In this document: positions 62,292-64,000 of the stretch, in pieces | Position numbering within the stretch: the stretch's first letter is position 1 | Layout: every line of letters starts with the position of its first letter | Assembly (NCBI GenBank): GCA_024137785.1 | Contig: JAHRHZ010000014.1 | Coordinates: 48,801,884 to 48,865,883 of the forward strand | Reading direction: 5' to 3' | DNA length: 64,000 nt | From: Ginglymostoma cirratum | Taxonomy: Eukaryota | Program-made: the position numbers and the translations under genes | The notes under the pieces: generated by a model | Told to the model about the DNA's origin: nothing | The model's input: the letters and a program-made list of their open reading frames with translations, nothing else | Databases searched by the model: none

Positions 62292-62735
62292 CATAAACCG
62301 CAGTCTGCTTTGCGAAGTCACCATCCTGGGAATATGGCTCAAAGTTAGCTCCAACTTTTGAAGGAAATATAATCTTTGCTAGTTCTGTAATTAAATTTTA
62401 CATCTGTGTGCATGACATAAACTTGTAAAAATGCTTTTAAAAATCTGTTCACTGATGCCACTCCACATCTGAGATCATTGCCAGATTACAAGCTTAAGAA
62501 GTAATGGCTTGTGCATACACAGTATTTCATTTTTTAGAAGTGAACTATAATTGGGGCAGATTTATGAAGCAGAGATGGTTGGATATGCTACCAGTTTTTG
62601 GTTTTGGGACGGTAATTGAGTGGTTGATATCAGAAAACCTAGTCCCAACAAATACATTTGTGCTGTGAATTCGAGATAACAAGCATGGGGCTGGATGAAC
62701 ACAGCAGGTCAAGCAGCATCATAGGAGCAGGAAAA

Positions 62736-62768
62736 CTTGACGTTTCGGGCCTAAACCCTTCATCAGAT
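62736..62768 (-). ncRNA. Hammerhead ribozyme core (family A)
   Basis: Minus strand: U CUGAUGA A GGGU uuag GCCC GAAA CG UC A. Intact core and GUC triplet, but stem I is weak. Confidence 0.6.
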
Positions 62769-62772
62769 TTCA

Positions 62773-63172
62773 NNNNNNNNNNNNNNNNNNNNNNNNNNNN
62801 NNNNNNNNNNNNNNNNNNNNNNNNNNNNNNNNNNNNNNNNNNNNNNNNNNNNNNNNNNNNNNNNNNNNNNNNNNNNNNNNNNNNNNNNNNNNNNNNNNNN
62901 NNNNNNNNNNNNNNNNNNNNNNNNNNNNNNNNNNNNNNNNNNNNNNNNNNNNNNNNNNNNNNNNNNNNNNNNNNNNNNNNNNNNNNNNNNNNNNNNNNNN
63001 NNNNNNNNNNNNNNNNNNNNNNNNNNNNNNNNNNNNNNNNNNNNNNNNNNNNNNNNNNNNNNNNNNNNNNNNNNNNNNNNNNNNNNNNNNNNNNNNNNNN
63101 NNNNNNNNNNNNNNNNNNNNNNNNNNNNNNNNNNNNNNNNNNNNNNNNNNNNNNNNNNNNNNNNNNNNNNNN
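62773..63172. other. Assembly gap (400 N)
   Basis: Run of N. Confidence 1.
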
Positions 63173-64000
63173 GTTATCTTGGATTCTCCAGCATCTGCAG
63201 TACCTTTTATCTCTGTGCTGTGAATTAGTTTTTGATGTCAGGCACTAATGGTACAATAAGTTCATGCTTCACAAAGTCTTTTCATATCTAATATTTCTGG
63301 TATTCTCCTGTATCATCTTGCTGTAAATTCCTGCCTTTTGTAATCCCCTGTTGTCTGTCTGTCTTTTCCTGATCACCATTTCGGTGTTGATTCATTGAGA
63401 TTTTGCATATATGCTTCCTCCTTGACCTTCAATGCAACAAATAGTCTCATGTGGATCTAGTAACTTACCTGTCTTTTTCTGACATATCAAGTTTAAATGT
63501 TTCCTCATTGCTTTCTCAAAATTCTTTCTAAATTTATTCTGGATAAGTTCGGATGGAGCATTTCTCTCCTGTTATCAGTTTATTTTCTTCAGAAAGTATC
63601 ACCAGTTATTTACGAAGGTAGGATTGCTGCATTTGCAACAGCTTGATCGATACTCTTTCTGATGTCAAGTTCGTTGATGAACTCCCTTCACCTCAAAACC
63701 AGAAGTCTGTCAGAGGGCACTACATCTCATTCTGCATCAGAGTTTGGTTGCTCTTGTCAGGTCTGTGGCTTTTAAAGTTTCTATATTATCTAGTTCATTT
63801 GTCTGCATCTCTTCCTGTCCCTATTAAATTTCCTCTAACCTTTCTTCAACGGATATTACTGTAACTGAGGTGGACAATTCTCCATCCTGAGGGTGTTATT
63901 TTTGTGGCCATCCACGCTTCTAAACAAATAACTCTCCATATTTTGTCTGTGCCTCAGCTGGCCCCTTTAATTTTCCAGCTTCTTAATCTTATGTGACCTT

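Larger units (their letters stand above)
62672..63213. mobile_element. PLE family A inverted-repeat insertion spanning an assembly gap
   Basis: Left arm 62673-62770 is inverted; the right remnant GTTATCTTGGATTCTCCAGCATCTGCAGTACC follows the gap. Perfect 13-bp TSD TGTGCTGTGAATT at 62659-62671 and 63214-63226. Confidence 0.88.

Noticed and set aside
2943-63213. Interpreting the hairpin repeats as MITEs, pre-miRNAs or CRISPR repeats
   Set aside because: TSD length varies (9-17 bp), arms are asymmetric and truncated, copies are dispersed and carry a hammerhead core. This fits retrotransposition by Penelope-like elements. The DNA is eukaryotic with no repeat-spacer array.
63250-63960. Possible very old LINE RT fragment on the minus strand (also about 53150-53620 on +)
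   Set aside because: Only faint GVPQGS-like traces; too degraded to call.

Overview
Vertebrate genomic DNA, most likely a shark (elasmobranch), judged by HE1/V-SINEs, Deu-domain SINEs and shark-type CR1/L2 LINEs. It reads as the interior of one very large + strand gene. I can support only two tiny in-frame exons (39 nt at 23814-23852, 42 nt at 49638-49679) and could not name the gene. The rest is intron filled with repeats: a 5'-truncated, near-complete CR1 (esterase ORF1 end plus disrupted APE-RT ORF2), a second APE-RT LINE whose 3' tail is shared by a tRNA-SINE, many CR1/L2 3' fragments and decayed PIF/Harbinger relics. The most notable signal is about 17 short Penelope-like insertions from at least three families. 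The best-preserved copies carry a minimal type I hammerhead ribozyme motif (CUGANGA-A-stem II-GAAA-palindromic stem III). Many form asymmetric inverted repeats bounded by 9-17 bp target-site duplications, two copies are identical over 82 nt, and both 400-N assembly gaps lie inside such hairpins. All family names come from motif recognition, not database searches.
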